Source of the DNA: Trichosphaerium sp. ATCC 40318
Lineage: Eukaryota > Protista > Tubulinea
Assembly (NCBI GenBank): GCA_038496445.1
Contig: JALMLS010000531.1
Location: 1-64,000 of the forward strand
Reading direction: 5' to 3'
Length of the DNA stretch: 64,000 bases
Positions 50,866 through 63,941 of this stretch are shown here, piece by piece. Each line of letters starts with the position of its first letter. Positions within the stretch are counted from its first letter, which is position 1. The notes below the pieces were generated by a model. It saw only the letters and a list, made by a program, of their open reading frames with translations, did not search any database and was not told the DNA's origin. Both the position numbers and the translations under genes were made by a program.

Positions 50866-52745
50866 ATGGCCGAGAAGCTGCAAATAGATGATACGCCTTC
50901 TAAAAGTGGGATTGATGAGAAGTCAAGCTTATTAGAACCTATTGGAGTAGAAGGAGATGACGATCCACCAGTGCCTAATACAACTTATTGGAAATTATTG
51001 ATTACCATTCATAAGCTCATTTTTGTGCGTCGTTTGTTCCAATGACAGTATCTTTACACTGAAAGCGCGATTATTCATCGGACTTTTGATTAAAATTGGA
51101 AATAACCCAACTTATTTTTTTAATCACGTGCGCTTAGGGTAAAGGATTCTATGGGACTATTGTTGAGTTTAGTATACTCTTTATTATCTTGATAAATGTT
51201 GTCGCTTTTATTGTATCTACAGTACATGCTCCTGAACATCTTTGTGATGGTAAGAGCTATGATGAGTGTATTTTGGGTGAGGTTTACGAAGATGTCTTTG
51301 AAACAATAGAAATAGTTTCAATCATTATCTTTACTATTGAATACACCCTTGCGGTACAAGATACATCTTTTATTATTTTGACAATGGACTTTTCCTCTTA
51401 ACTTTTCTTTAAGGTTTGGTCTAGCATTGGAGACGCCAAGTTTTATAACCTAGGTCCTGTGTTTGGACGTTTACGTTACATGGTATGCGGTTTTTGTTCT
51501 TCAAAACAGTTTAGTGTCACGTGACCTAAAAGAATAACCCACTGCGTTTTTGCTCATGTCCAGCGGCGTTGGAGCTAAATGCGTAGTGAACTATGCAAGT
51601 TATGTTAGCTTGTGTAACAATTTCGTTTAGATATCTTTTTTGGCCATTATTGATTTAATTGCTATCTTACCTTTCTACATTCTACTCTTTGTCGGTGATA
51701 TCAACGATGCCAGTTTCGCTACAGCGATTCGGTACACCCACCAAATCCTTTAAACTTTACCTCACCTTTAATTAGTGGCCTACGTCTTGTAAGATTGCTA
51801 GCAGCTGAGCGGTAAGCAGCACACAAACATAGGTCCATCCATTTACTCACTTTGAGTGTAGCTATCTTCATGCTTTTGGAATACTTGTGGCTGTAATCAA
51901 AGATGCTGGAGATATGTACGACTTACAACTCTTTTGTTATGTCCTTTTTTTTGCTAATCGTTTTTAGGCTTGTTTTGTCTTCTGCATACTCGTTGATCTT
52001 CCTTATAGTTTTCTCTACACTCTTATACTACAGGTTTGTATGACTTTTTTGTGATTAAACTAAAAAAATACTATACAGCGAACGTGATCTTGTTGTTGAT
52101 GGTGAGCCTCTTGGAGAGATTTATTACAATAGTATACCTGAAGCTATGTATGCTACATTGTTGCAACTAACAGGTATGTAAACGAAAAATAAGCTCACGT
52201 GGTCTCAACTTTTAAAGGTGATCTTCCGAATGATAGGTTGAGTTCGCTTGGTAAAGTAATAAGTTCTATTATTGCTCTTGGCGCTGTAGCTTTCTTTGCA
52301 GGTATTTAACGAATGTTTGAGTATGATTAATTGTATGTTAGTGCCTACTGCTATTCTTGGACAGAGTTTTGTTAAAGCACTTCAAGAAGCTACACATGAA
52401 GAAGGAGATGATGTAAGTGGTATTTTTTATTTCTCGATTTTGTGATAAAAGTCATTGTAAAACAAATGTCAACTGCATTTGATTTTGCGCTAGTACTTGT
52501 TGATGTAGCTTTCATTTTCTAATACTGTATTATAGCAAATAGTTATAAATGTTACTGATGCTGATGATAATATAATACACTCGGAACATCATGATAACAG
52601 CTCTGGGCATTTCTCATTCAAAGTTGATATTAAAGAACGTAAGTAGTGTGATGTTTATTAAATTTATGTGATAACATTCACCTTAGCTGGCGAGTATCTA
52701 ATCGAAGCAACCATACCAGAAGAAGAATTGGATATCGATCTGTGA
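50866..52745 (+). CDS. Voltage-gated-like 6TM cation channel (Kv-like Ion_trans) with non-canonical pore; multi-exon
   Basis: S2 'IEIVSIIIFTIEY', S3 'AIIDLIAILPFYI', S4 'AIRGLRLVRLLAAERY', pore 'SIPEAMYATLLQLTGDLP', S6 'GKVISSIIALGAVAFFAVPTAILG'. Confidence 0.88.
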
Positions 52746-53305
52746 GAAAGAAATAAAACAGCTTCCACCTTTGAATTGTTATCTTATCTATGTAGCTAAT
52801 TAACAGCGTATTTTTGAAGGTAAAGTGCTTAATGGATGTTCTAGAAGGTAAAAAAAGCTTATCCATGTTTTGCAGTTATTATCTGCTGTTGATAATTCTA
52901 TTCGAAACATTAGCACCCGTTTGTCTATTCTCAAAATCTGAATACAGGACTGAGACCCACATATGTTGTGCTTTCAGTTTTCTACTCATACCATTCTTGC
53001 ACCAATCTTTGTCTTCACCATGTTTGTACTAAATAGCTTAGTTTCCATCCTTCGTACCTTATGGCACATACTCTTTTATTTGAAAACAGCCACGAAACAA
53101 CAGGGAGTAAATATTCCCATAAATATGTCAAGGTTTGAAAAGTTAGACCGTTCTTTCAGAAAATGTATCTACTACACGTGTGCTTATAGGTTATGGTAGT
53201 GACGAGATAAGATCTCTACCATACACTTTCAGCACACATGACTTAATCGGTTCTGAGTGTATCGCTACTTGTATTTCTTAACAGTGAAAAAAAAGTACTG
53301 CTACA

Positions 53306-54737
53306 ATGAAGAACACTGGTATTGCTAAGCCTACACTGAAGTCATATATCCTCGGAATTACACTGCTAGCTATGGTATGTGTTGCTGTGGTTTGTATAGT
53401 TCTAGTGGGAGAACCAAGGCATCCCAAAGAGAGCAACCCGCCTGTGTACTATAAGTACTTTGACAATAGAAAGGGTTACACACCGCCTCACTTTGATTTC
53501 AACTCTTCAAATTGCGCTTTATGTACGGAATCAACTGAGGTTGTGCTCCAACAACGTAAATTTATTCGAGATGCAACATTACCATATTATAAAACAATAA
53601 TAAAGACAGCACGTGACGTTTTAGAATTCTTGAAAACTCGACTGTGCAATACGATGTATTTAACTTGTGCATGTAGGTTTCCCTTGATCCTGCTAAAACT
53701 GCAGTTGTTTCAATCGACATGTGGGATAATCATTGGTGCCCTGTTGACAAAGCGAGAGCTATGGCGCTTGCTCCAATTGTGAACACTACTCTCAATGCAG
53801 CAAGAGCAAAAGGTACCTAATCTGTTCTTGCTTCTATCGTTGTATAAGACGAAATTGTAAACAGTAGCTAAGTAGTCTTACTTGTTGATAGGAATGCAGG
53901 TTATCCACGCTCCTGCCGATGTCATTGATTTCTACACAGAATATCCTGCTCGTCTTCGTACAAAGTGGCTTACCAGAAACTGTACATCAGACAAAGCCAA
54001 ACAGAATGACATGTATGTGAGCAACATTGCCTTGATACAAACTATTCTAACCTTGTTAAAGATGGACTCCACCAAAACAACCTGCGTTTAAGCTCACGGG
54101 ATGCATTAGTGGCGCTGTACCAAAGGCTGTATGGAAACGAATTAATCCAGATATCTACATTGATAAATATGATCTTTTGGGTAACTCGAATATTGCTATG
54201 TTCCGTTCTTGCTAAATGTACTTTTAGTCAACCCTGATGATCCAACGGAAATGTTTTGTTTATTGAATAACCTCAGTACGTACATCACATTAAACATAAT
54301 AAACCCAAAATTCTATTTGTGGAAATGGGTTAAACTCAAGATAGTAGTATTGTTGACAAACTGCCACTTTATTCCAAGTCGTTTATATGCTTAGATTTTT
54401 CTAGATATCGATACTATCATTTATGTTGGCATTCAATCTAATTATTGTGTAACTAATAGACCTGCTGGTATGATGAGAGCTAGAAAATATGGATTCAAAA
54501 CAATAATTGTATGTCAATTTTGAGCAATGCAGAATTCACGTGATAAAATATTTGCTTTATCATATTTTGTTTCTAAACCTGACTTAGTTACCCGAAGCAA
54601 CACAGTGTAATAATAATCCGTCCAAGCCTCCATATTTGAATTACAATCAAGCTTGTGATATTGTGATCAAGTTTATACAGAGTCATATTGCTACCGAAGG
54701 TGCTCTTATTTATTCCAACTTAAAAACAGCTGTTTAA
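53306..54737 (+). CDS. Isochorismatase/cysteine-hydrolase family protein with N-terminal membrane anchor; multi-exon
   Basis: TM 'ILGITLLAMVCVAVVCIVLV'. Spliced 'LDPAKTAVVSIDMWDNHWC', 'ARAKGMQVIHAP', 'IIYVGIQSNYCVTNRPAG' (catalytic Asp and Cys positions present). Confidence 0.82.
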
Positions 54738-55931
54738 AACTTGTTCAAATGAGTATTACCCGTATGTCAAGGTATCACAAATAAAGTAGATCTACCACAT
54801 GTTATGGTTATCAAAGTGCGTATTGTTACTTTTCTACACGATGAAAGGAGAAAGTACTCCCTCAAAACGTGGAACAAAACACCGTTTTCAATGTGTTAGT
54901 CTTGTTAAAGACTCGTTTTTCAGGATAGTTATTGGAGTCTTTTTGCTTTAGACTAGGGTAACTTTACACTCATGTTATTCTGAATACCAAACGGGTGAAA
55001 AGAAAACAGTGCCTACAGTAGAAAAGACTCTTGTTTTTAAGTGACCACGAATGAGTTTTTGGTGCTTTGGTAGTGAGTTACTTAGCGCAACTGCCTTCAC
55101 ATTTTCCAGTATCAGCAGAACAGTTCTTAAGGTATCTCTTCAATTCCATTTTCGATCAGTTTCCGAAAACGATCAGTCACTTGCCTTTTCTACATCGTAC
55201 ACATGCGAGTGATGCATTTAGCATGGCTCATTTTTGTGTAGTATTTTTCTAAAAACACGCTCCATTTACGTGTAATTAACGGCGCCTAGAGTATTGTTGC
55301 TCGATTTTAGAGAGCAAACCGCTTTTTTCAGCAAATGACTGTTGTACAAGAATATAACTTCTGATCAACCTAAACGGAGCTTGTTGTACGTTTAGAGAGA
55401 CTGAGCCATCATGAGGAAGTGCTCAAGGAGCATATGCTGATACTTTCCTTATAAGGCAACAGTTCTTGTCCTTTTTTAGTAATTACTTTTTTTTACGCTT
55501 ACTACATAATTGGACGCTTCCACACTCCATATCCTCTTTTAAGAGTACATTTTAACGTCAATTGGCTTTGTAGAATGCTTACGTAATCTAGCTCTAACTA
55601 AAACGAGAGAAATAGTCAGAAAAGTAAGACTAGCTTGTTTTGACTACATGTTTGTTAAGAAGTAGCTTGCGTCTGACAAAAAGAAGTGTAGTAAAATAGT
55701 AAATTGTACATATAACATAATTGATGAAATGGTATCTAGCAAGTTGATGGCAGTACATGCATGCATGTAACATATTATTAAGGTCATTTCGTAAAAATAG
55801 TAAAGAATACGATGAGGTTAAAATAAAAGAGTTTTGTAGTTTTTCCTAAAACTAAAATTGGATTCACGCAACACAACATCTCTTAGTTTTGTTGTTTAGT
55901 TAGGCTAATTGAAGTAGCTTTATTTCTACAT

Positions 55932-58900
55932 ATGGATCCTGACAATACACGTACGGTTTGGCTTGATTCTATCTATTTTGAGAAACCGTAAAGGCGGACT
56001 CTTAAAAACGCTTGACCAACAGGTGTTGCAGCTGTTCATGGGTTGTGACTTCGCTTTACCCTATTTGTGTTTCATTATCCTCAAATATAATTAAATGCCC
56101 TAACTTACGTGCTAGGGGTGAATAGACATAATATAGAAACGGAACTCAAGAAAACAACTACAACTCTTGGAAGCTTATCACTTGACAAAGAAGAAGAACC
56201 CAAAATGCTACGTACGTTACTTCCCTTTTGTGCACAATGGCCATGGTTTCACGCTTAATTGACAATGTAAGCGTATTGCCCACGGCAAAGCCGTTCTCGT
56301 TCTACCCTTTCACACCACATGTTCGAATGGTTTTCTTTCTAAAAGCGTTTAGGTTTTTCTGAGAAAACAATTGACGAGTGGAGTGATGATACAGTTCGCC
56401 TCTACATTCGCATATACACCACGTTTAATGCAAATACTGAAGTGAACCAGATGAGGAAATATCTCAAAGACTTTACAGTACGGAGGGTGGTCGTTCTTGA
56501 CTTATTTTACGATACATACCTTGACGTCCTGGAAACTTTTGTGAACAACGAAGGTATTCTCAATTCAAGTTCAGCTAACGAAACCAATCCAAAATTGTAT
56601 TTCGCGCCAATCTTTGGACTTTATTTTGGATGTGGTATGTTACAGCACTAGATTAATCTATAACCTAACTTGCCAAAGGCAAGTCAACATTCCTCAGAAA
56701 CTTTCAAATGGCTATTGCGACAGGACTTGACCAGTATTTACAAGTAAGTCAAAGTTATTCAAAATGGCATTTAATGTAAATTAGAACCGAGGCAAACGGA
56801 AAGAACTAGCCCTTGCAACTGAAATACTTAAAGGCGATTTTGTATTCATTGATGTGGAAGGTATTAAACCGGCAGGTACCGATGCATTTGATATAAAGAA
56901 AGCCAACACAATTGTGGTGGAGAGATTCTTCGACCAAATAAACCTTGCACGTGGCTTAGGTAAACAAATGTGCAATTACTCAACAAATGAATAACACTTT
57001 TGTAACAGAATTGAAACCAAATGGAATGACATTTGCGGAGGCAATATCATTTTACCATGAGAGTGTGGGACACGATCATCCTCTACTTTTTGGGTTAGAT
57101 GAGATAAGTCCATCAAATAGATTTGTAGCGGGTAGTGTACGATCATGATAAATTCGTTTTAGCGATTGGCTCATATTTGTGTTAGTTAAAACCATTTGCC
57201 GACTTAATTGAATGGGTGTGGTCTACACTATACAATGCTACCAAGAAGCTTCATAAGAAACGTAGAGTACATTTCGTGATGGCTGGACATAACCCTATTT
57301 TCATGGATATTGGTACTAGTTCCTTTAAAGTTGGCTATGGTGACTTATTTGTTCCTAATAGGTGGTGTAAAAGGTGAGCACATTAAAGAACCTGGTTGGA
57401 GGTGTTCTTCAGTGACAAACAGTAAACCGCTTCTCTTAAACGTAAGTACTTTTTCTGTACTGTTTGTTAATTGAATGTCATAGAACTTCACACCCGAGTT
57501 TATGGAGAGAATCATTGACACTGCAATAACCACGTACAATCAACCAATTGAGTTTAGCGAAGCTATGAAGAAAGAATATGCGAAACAAATGGTTGAGGAA
57601 TTTGCTGGTCATCCGAGGTTTATTCAAAACGCCTTTCAGTACGCACCAGTTCTTACTTAATTGATACGCTAAATTCTTTCTGAAGAGGAGTACTTGATCG
57701 ATCTGTAGTATACTATAAAAAATACCAAGAAAAGGTCAAGATTGTTACTGAAGAGCATCTACAAAGGTACTTTACAAAGAATGTTCTGATCTGAAGTTCA
57801 GGAACTAATCCTCTTACAGGAAAATGAATGAGGCAATAATGAGTTCGCAGGCAGTAAACAGAACAAGAGAAATACAAAATATACTTGATCCAGACATGTT
57901 TGATGCAAGAGGATTCGATTCTGTGCTCTTAGCATTCACTAAAATTGCTATTGCTGCTCGGTATGGATTACCTATTGCAGCCACTCTGAGTGTACAAGAC
58001 GCTATGGGTACGAAGTTTACAATAAATCCAGGAAAGAACACAGACAGCAGACACGTGTATACGCTTAGAAAAGTACACTCGATAGTGCCGATGATGCTTA
58101 TTCCGAAGAAGGCAAAAACCAAAAAAGGAGAAGGAGCAACATTCTACTTTCCAAAGCTACCTGTGCCTGTAATAGAGTATATTTGCTCACATATTGATGA
58201 TGAGGAACTTAAAGACATGATGCTAAAATCAAACACTCAAGAAAAGGGTTAATATAACTATCTGTGACTATTCTCCTTTAATGACTGCTTTAGGAGCACT
58301 GTTTGAGAAGCTATCCAAATTTGGATTTATGAAACACAAGGGAGCATTGCTTTCAAGTATCATTCCGTCTTTGCAAGGGACCAAATATGAGGTATAATTA
58401 GTGCTTTTTTGTTCATTTCCAACTGACCAATAAAATAGAATGTTGTACTTCCTATGGACTTTAAACCATTTCCGAAAGTAACATCAAGTGGTGAAAAGGG
58501 ACGCATAAACTGGGATGGTCCTATAACAAATAAAATGTTATTGGAGCAACAGACAGTCGTAAAAGAAGATTTTAAAAAAGTATGGAAGTGTTACGACTCT
58601 CCTTGTATGTTAAATCCACGTAAAGAGTCAAGTACGCCATCAGCATCACTGTTTATTTATGAAGTATTGAATAACAACAAAAGGTTCAATGGATTTTTAT
58701 TGCAAAGAATGTACAATCAATTCCGACAATATGGAACACCAAGACAAAGGTACATGTAATATTGGATGGCAAATGAAGGTACCATTCTTTTGCTAGTGTT
58801 TAGTCCCTAAATCTTGTTACAGGCCGAAGAAAAAGGATTGACATTCGGTACACTTGCTGCTGAGATACCAAAGTATCACGTGGATTTATTTGAAGCAAAG

Positions 58901-61660
58901 CTGAATTTGATCGTGTTCATGTGTTTAAATAGAAGCAAAAATATGATAAACTGTATAGGCAAGGAAACTATTATGCTTGAGCGTACGTAATTCACATTCT
59001 CTTTACATTGCTAATAATGTTGCAGCTGGTGTTTACCGAAGAACTGGAAAGGGACAGGCTCTTTTTAACAGTACAACAAACACTCTTATCGTGGATGGTA
59101 AAAAGGTACTCATACTACAACCTTAGCTATGAAGGTAACGCTGTACCTAGATACAACTGCACGAGCCAAAGTCTAAAGTACCGATCAACAGAACTGTTTA
59201 TGTTGGAGACACTGTTCAGATTAAAAAACAGAAACACAAGATATTGAGAGTAAGCGACGCGGACGCTGAGACAGTGTACAAGGCTTGTAATACAAACCAA
59301 CAGCTTGTGCTTGTAGCAAGCACCTCAGAAACTACCAAAAAACCAATGAAGGCTTCGTTTACGATAGCCGACAAAATGAATGTATGTGTACTGAGTGAAA
59401 ACGATATCAAAGCTGTATGCTATGCGAATGATGTACAAGTTCTACAATTTGGAAACAACGTTAGAGAAGGTGATGATTTGATTGGTCTTAATGAAGGAAA
59501 ACTTATTATGAATGGCACGTGATTTATTTTGAAATATGTCTGTTTTCTTTCTCGGAAACCACTTTTTTTTTACATTTTACCATCTAGGCGACATTATGAG
59601 AGTCCTTAATATTAAACCAAAGACAAAGACAATCACGATTTACAACCGCTACAATAAAGAACAAAAGAAGAAACTAAAAATACAAAAAAAAGATGTTCTA
59701 CCAAATTTAAGTATGACACATGTATAATTACTTCCACGTGTTTACACTTTATTTAGTCAACGAAATTTTTGGAGTAAAAACTATTCTCTTGGATGCGAAA
59801 TCTAATCATATAGCAAGTTACAATGAGGTTAAAGATGAAGGGTCATACTATTACGATGAACACATTCAAGCTGCAGATCCAAAGACAATCCATTTAAAGT
59901 ACAATGGCCAAGTAAAAGATATTGTTCTAAATCAAATGTCCACTCTGGACAGCATCGGAGGTACCTCTTTACTGATAAACCTTAGCACTCCTAAACGTTG
60001 CTTCCTAACCTGCTTCTAAATAGTGTCACGTTTATTTGAATTACCTATTGCCAATCTTATATTCAAAAACAAGAAGGGTGAAAGAGTTAGGCTCTTCAAA
60101 GATGTAGAAAACGATGGCACATACACCATTGATGGTGTTAAAACTATAAAGCTGTTACATAGAGGCGCTACAACATCAATGGCTGTTGGACCAAATACAG
60201 ACTTATACACTGAAGGTACAACTCTTAAAGCCATTTCTGACTAATAGGAGTTAAATACCAAACACAACTCATCGTTTAAATAGTTGCGGCACTGTTTGGA
60301 GTAGACCCAGATAAAATAAAACTAAAATCCGCTGAAGGGACAACAGTGTTTCACTATTCACAACTCATGGGTAATGCTACTTACAATATTGACGATGGCA
60401 CAAGAACCATCAATGTTGTGTTTAAAGGAGAAACGAAATCCATAGATATTGGACCAGATACAAAAATGATAAATCAACGTACAGTCTATCTTTAAACCCT
60501 AATAACAGATTGTTAGTTGCCGTGGTATTTGGATTAGATTCAAATAAAATCAAAGTAAAACTTGAAAACGGGAATGAAGTGGTCCACTATACACAATTAG
60601 TTGATAATGCCACCTGCTATGTTGTATTAACTAGAAAGGTGATCACATTTATTTATGGAGGCACATCAAAACAACATGAGATCGGTATAAACACTGATCT
60701 GCATTTTGAAGGTACCGCAACTATTATCACTCCCGGACACTGAGTACCTTTTCTCACGTGTTTGTTTAGTTGCAAAATTATTTGGGGTCAATTCCGATTG
60801 TATTGCAATTCAGGATAAGTATGGAAACAAGCTTGGAAATGAAGACGTTATGAATGTTGATAAGTGCTTGGTGAAAGACGCCATTAAAAATATTAAACTC
60901 ATCTATAAACGCATTGTCAATCACTCAGAAAAAGAGCTTTTAACTAAATACCTAAATGTGACTACAACTACGAAATTGTTGCAAGAAGGTACAACGTGAT
61001 ATAAATAATACCAAAACGCTTTAACTAACGCTTCAAACTCGGTTAGTGCAAGCCTTGTTCAGTTTAGACAACGCCCCAACAATCTCAGACTTTACTGGAC
61101 AATCTATACATTTCTATTCACAAATAAGACATGGCGGTTTATACCATGTCAAAGACAATACTTCTGCTGTGAAGAAAAGAAGAGCAACCAGTGATCCAGA
61201 AGCAAGTATGAGTGTTGAGAAAAAAGCAAGAAAACCAACGCCGAGAATCTCTGACAATCAAGAGTATTCAATGAGCGATGCTTTACCCAACTCACCTCAT
61301 AAACATTCTCGATATGGAACCAAGAGTTCACCAATACGTGACTATCGCCCATCACCAAAGCGTGATGAATATTACAATGACAGGCGATCACAAAGACGTA
61401 AATATAGCTACAATTCCCGTGATAGATATGAAGATCAATATCACCGCAAACGTCGTGATAGCAACAGTCGATATGATAATGACTCTACAAAAAGATATGT
61501 AGACTCACGAACAAGCTATAGAAAAGATGACTACACACGCAGGCAACAAGAAATCAGGTACAGGCAACGAGATGATAGGCAACAAAAGGACTGGAAAACA
61601 ACCAGCGGGCAGAGCACAAAAGAGGATAAATACAGCTATAGAGGACAAAGACGTAGGTAA
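55932..61660 (+). CDS. Family A copy 4: NTPase + restriction-fold nuclease + 6 Ubl-like repeats + basic tail
   Basis: Probable ATG 55932. PIFGLYFGCG|KSTFL, PLLFGLDEIS, FAGHPRFI, KG|ALFEKL, NPRKES|SSMDFY...IGWQMK, TLAAEIPKY. Tail ORF 61046-61660. Confidence 0.8.
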
Positions 61661-61800
61661 GAACACCAAAAATTATAGCAACCCCTCAACAGATGTAAGG
61701 TGACACAAATAAAAAGAATTTGAATCAAATTCCCTGTGTTTGCTGTGTACATAAGTAGTTTTGCTATTATTTTCTCCTAGAGTTGTTTTTTAAACTGACT

Positions 61801-63941
61801 ATGCCAGATCCATGGTCAACTTGCGGATCATGTTTTAGTTATCTATTGCAAAGATACACATATGTTTCAAAAGACTACCTGGTGATGCTGAGAGTATTAC
61901 GCAGTGATGGTAACAAAAAACCGTCTTTCCCAGGCGCAGATGAGAGGGATAAATTCTTGTTTAAGCTTGAACACCCCACTTTCAAAAGAGACAACCTGAT
62001 AAAGATTGGCAAAGAGATGTGCGATACTTCATGACAGTACTTGTTAGATATCGAACATTGTCACAACCGCAAAAGTTTTGTTTGGATTCGCTACCAGAAC
62101 AAGAAAATCTTGTATCTCAAGTACAAGTAATAAACTCCACGTGGGTCATAATAAAGAACGGACTGAGTTAATTTGTAGTCCAAAGTACTCTTCACCCAAA
62201 CCATCTGCTTTTCAACAACTTTGCCAGTCTTTATGTGGTTTTGTAAATTACGCTACCGCACATGTTTACGAGTTCCTTTTCTAAGTGTTTGTTGTCAACA
62301 GGATATTATTACAAAGGCAAAAAAGGGTACTAACAAGGCACCTTAATTTTGTGCGCGTGTACCAGAGTAACGCGATTTTCTTTTCTTGTTGACCACAATT
62401 ATGAACTTCTCAGGTATTAAGACGCTAAAGGGTGTTCATCATATCCGCCTAGGAAGTACCTCAGAATCAGAAAATGGTATAAAAGCAATAACAGGTGTTA
62501 AATATAACATTAGCCACTGCAATAAGGCATTAAATCGCTCAAAAAAGGAGCTTGTGCCATCATACTTTTTGGATTTGAACAAATAAGTTATGAAGCTATC
62601 CTATCGCCGAAATCATCTGGCATTACAGTATAGTACTAAATGCTATTTCCATTGAATTTAACCTCTGTTCAAAAAGGTCAGCCGGATTCTCCAACATTGA
62701 CTGAACGTATTATAAAATTCAAGGGTCGGGCTGCCACTTACCCTTGTATAGTGTTTTAAATTTAGAAATGAGGTTAATACGGTACTCACGTGTCATAATC
62801 AGTATTTTTAAGCTTACTCTTTTTCTAGTGCGTACAAAAGAAGACAGAATGACCCGAAGAAAGCTTTTGTATGTGGATCAAACGACAAAGAAACAAAAAA
62901 CTTACAAGAGGTGCGTTGATGTCCTACACCGCTGAAAACTACTCTTTTATACCAACACGTTTTATATTCTAACAACTGTCGCTTTTTGTTGACACTCACG
63001 TGATAACTTTCAGCTCTATGAAAAATATAGATACATTATCCAAGAACAACCTACAAACGAATGTGACCTTATTGTACTCATTTATACTGCTCAACAGAAT
63101 CGATCTGCTTTATTTTTTACTCCTGGAGATGGTTGTTTTAATAGACACAAGGACACACTTGAAAAATTCTTTGAAGAAAACGGTACGTCCAGTTTTGAGT
63201 ACCAGGTGTTGCTTACAGTCTTGATTCTCTTTGCAGGAAGTAATGAGCACAACAGTAAACAACAATGTATTTTCGTTCTTATGCCAAAAACAAAGAAACA
63301 AGAAGAGGCATGGAATCATGATTTCATTTCTAATCTAAACGAGTACGTAAAAGCCAACCGCTGCCAGCAACAAAACTGGACATTGAACAATTTCTAGACC
63401 TTTGCTTAAGAAGTTTCATGTTCAAGTAGGCACTCTATCAGACTACCGTAGAATGCATAATGGTGGATTTCCAGACTGCCTAGAAATGGAGATAGAGAAG
63501 AAACCACCAACAAGAAGCACAACCAAACCTCAAATGAACAATACAAGTCACCAAGCTGTGGTGATATTGCCAAGAAACGAAAGCCAACAACAACAAAAAC
63601 CAAAAACGAAGTCAAAGAAAATGATAGTTTTCCTTGGCACTGAAGAAGCACTCTCATCATTAGAAAAGAGACACAGTCGTTATAAATTTCGCTTAAAAGA
63701 TGACATTTCTTTTTTAAGGACAACAAAAGACTTCAAGCGAATAAAATGTAGCGCTGAAAAAGTCTACGTTTGTGTTGATTCAAACATGTGGGATCCCTTC
63801 CGTAAACACATGCAGAAAATCCAGCAAACACAGGCTTGTTTCTTATCTGCTAATGCATCTACAAAAAGATTATGTGACGGATTATCTTGTGGTCCAGCTG
63901 ACACTGAGTATGTACCTACACTGACACAGTTGTTTTGTTAA
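61801..63941 (+). CDS. Hypothetical multi-exon protein (may be two genes)
   Basis: GT-AG joins keep an open frame from ~62829 through 63941 (AYKRRQNDPKKAFVCG...PLLKKFHVQ...). The upstream exons are less certain. No family recognised. Confidence 0.4.

Noticed and set aside
55754-55769. 16-bp palindrome tacatgcatgcatgta upstream of family A copy 4
   Set aside because: Derives from a simple (atgc)n repeat and is not seen before the other copies.
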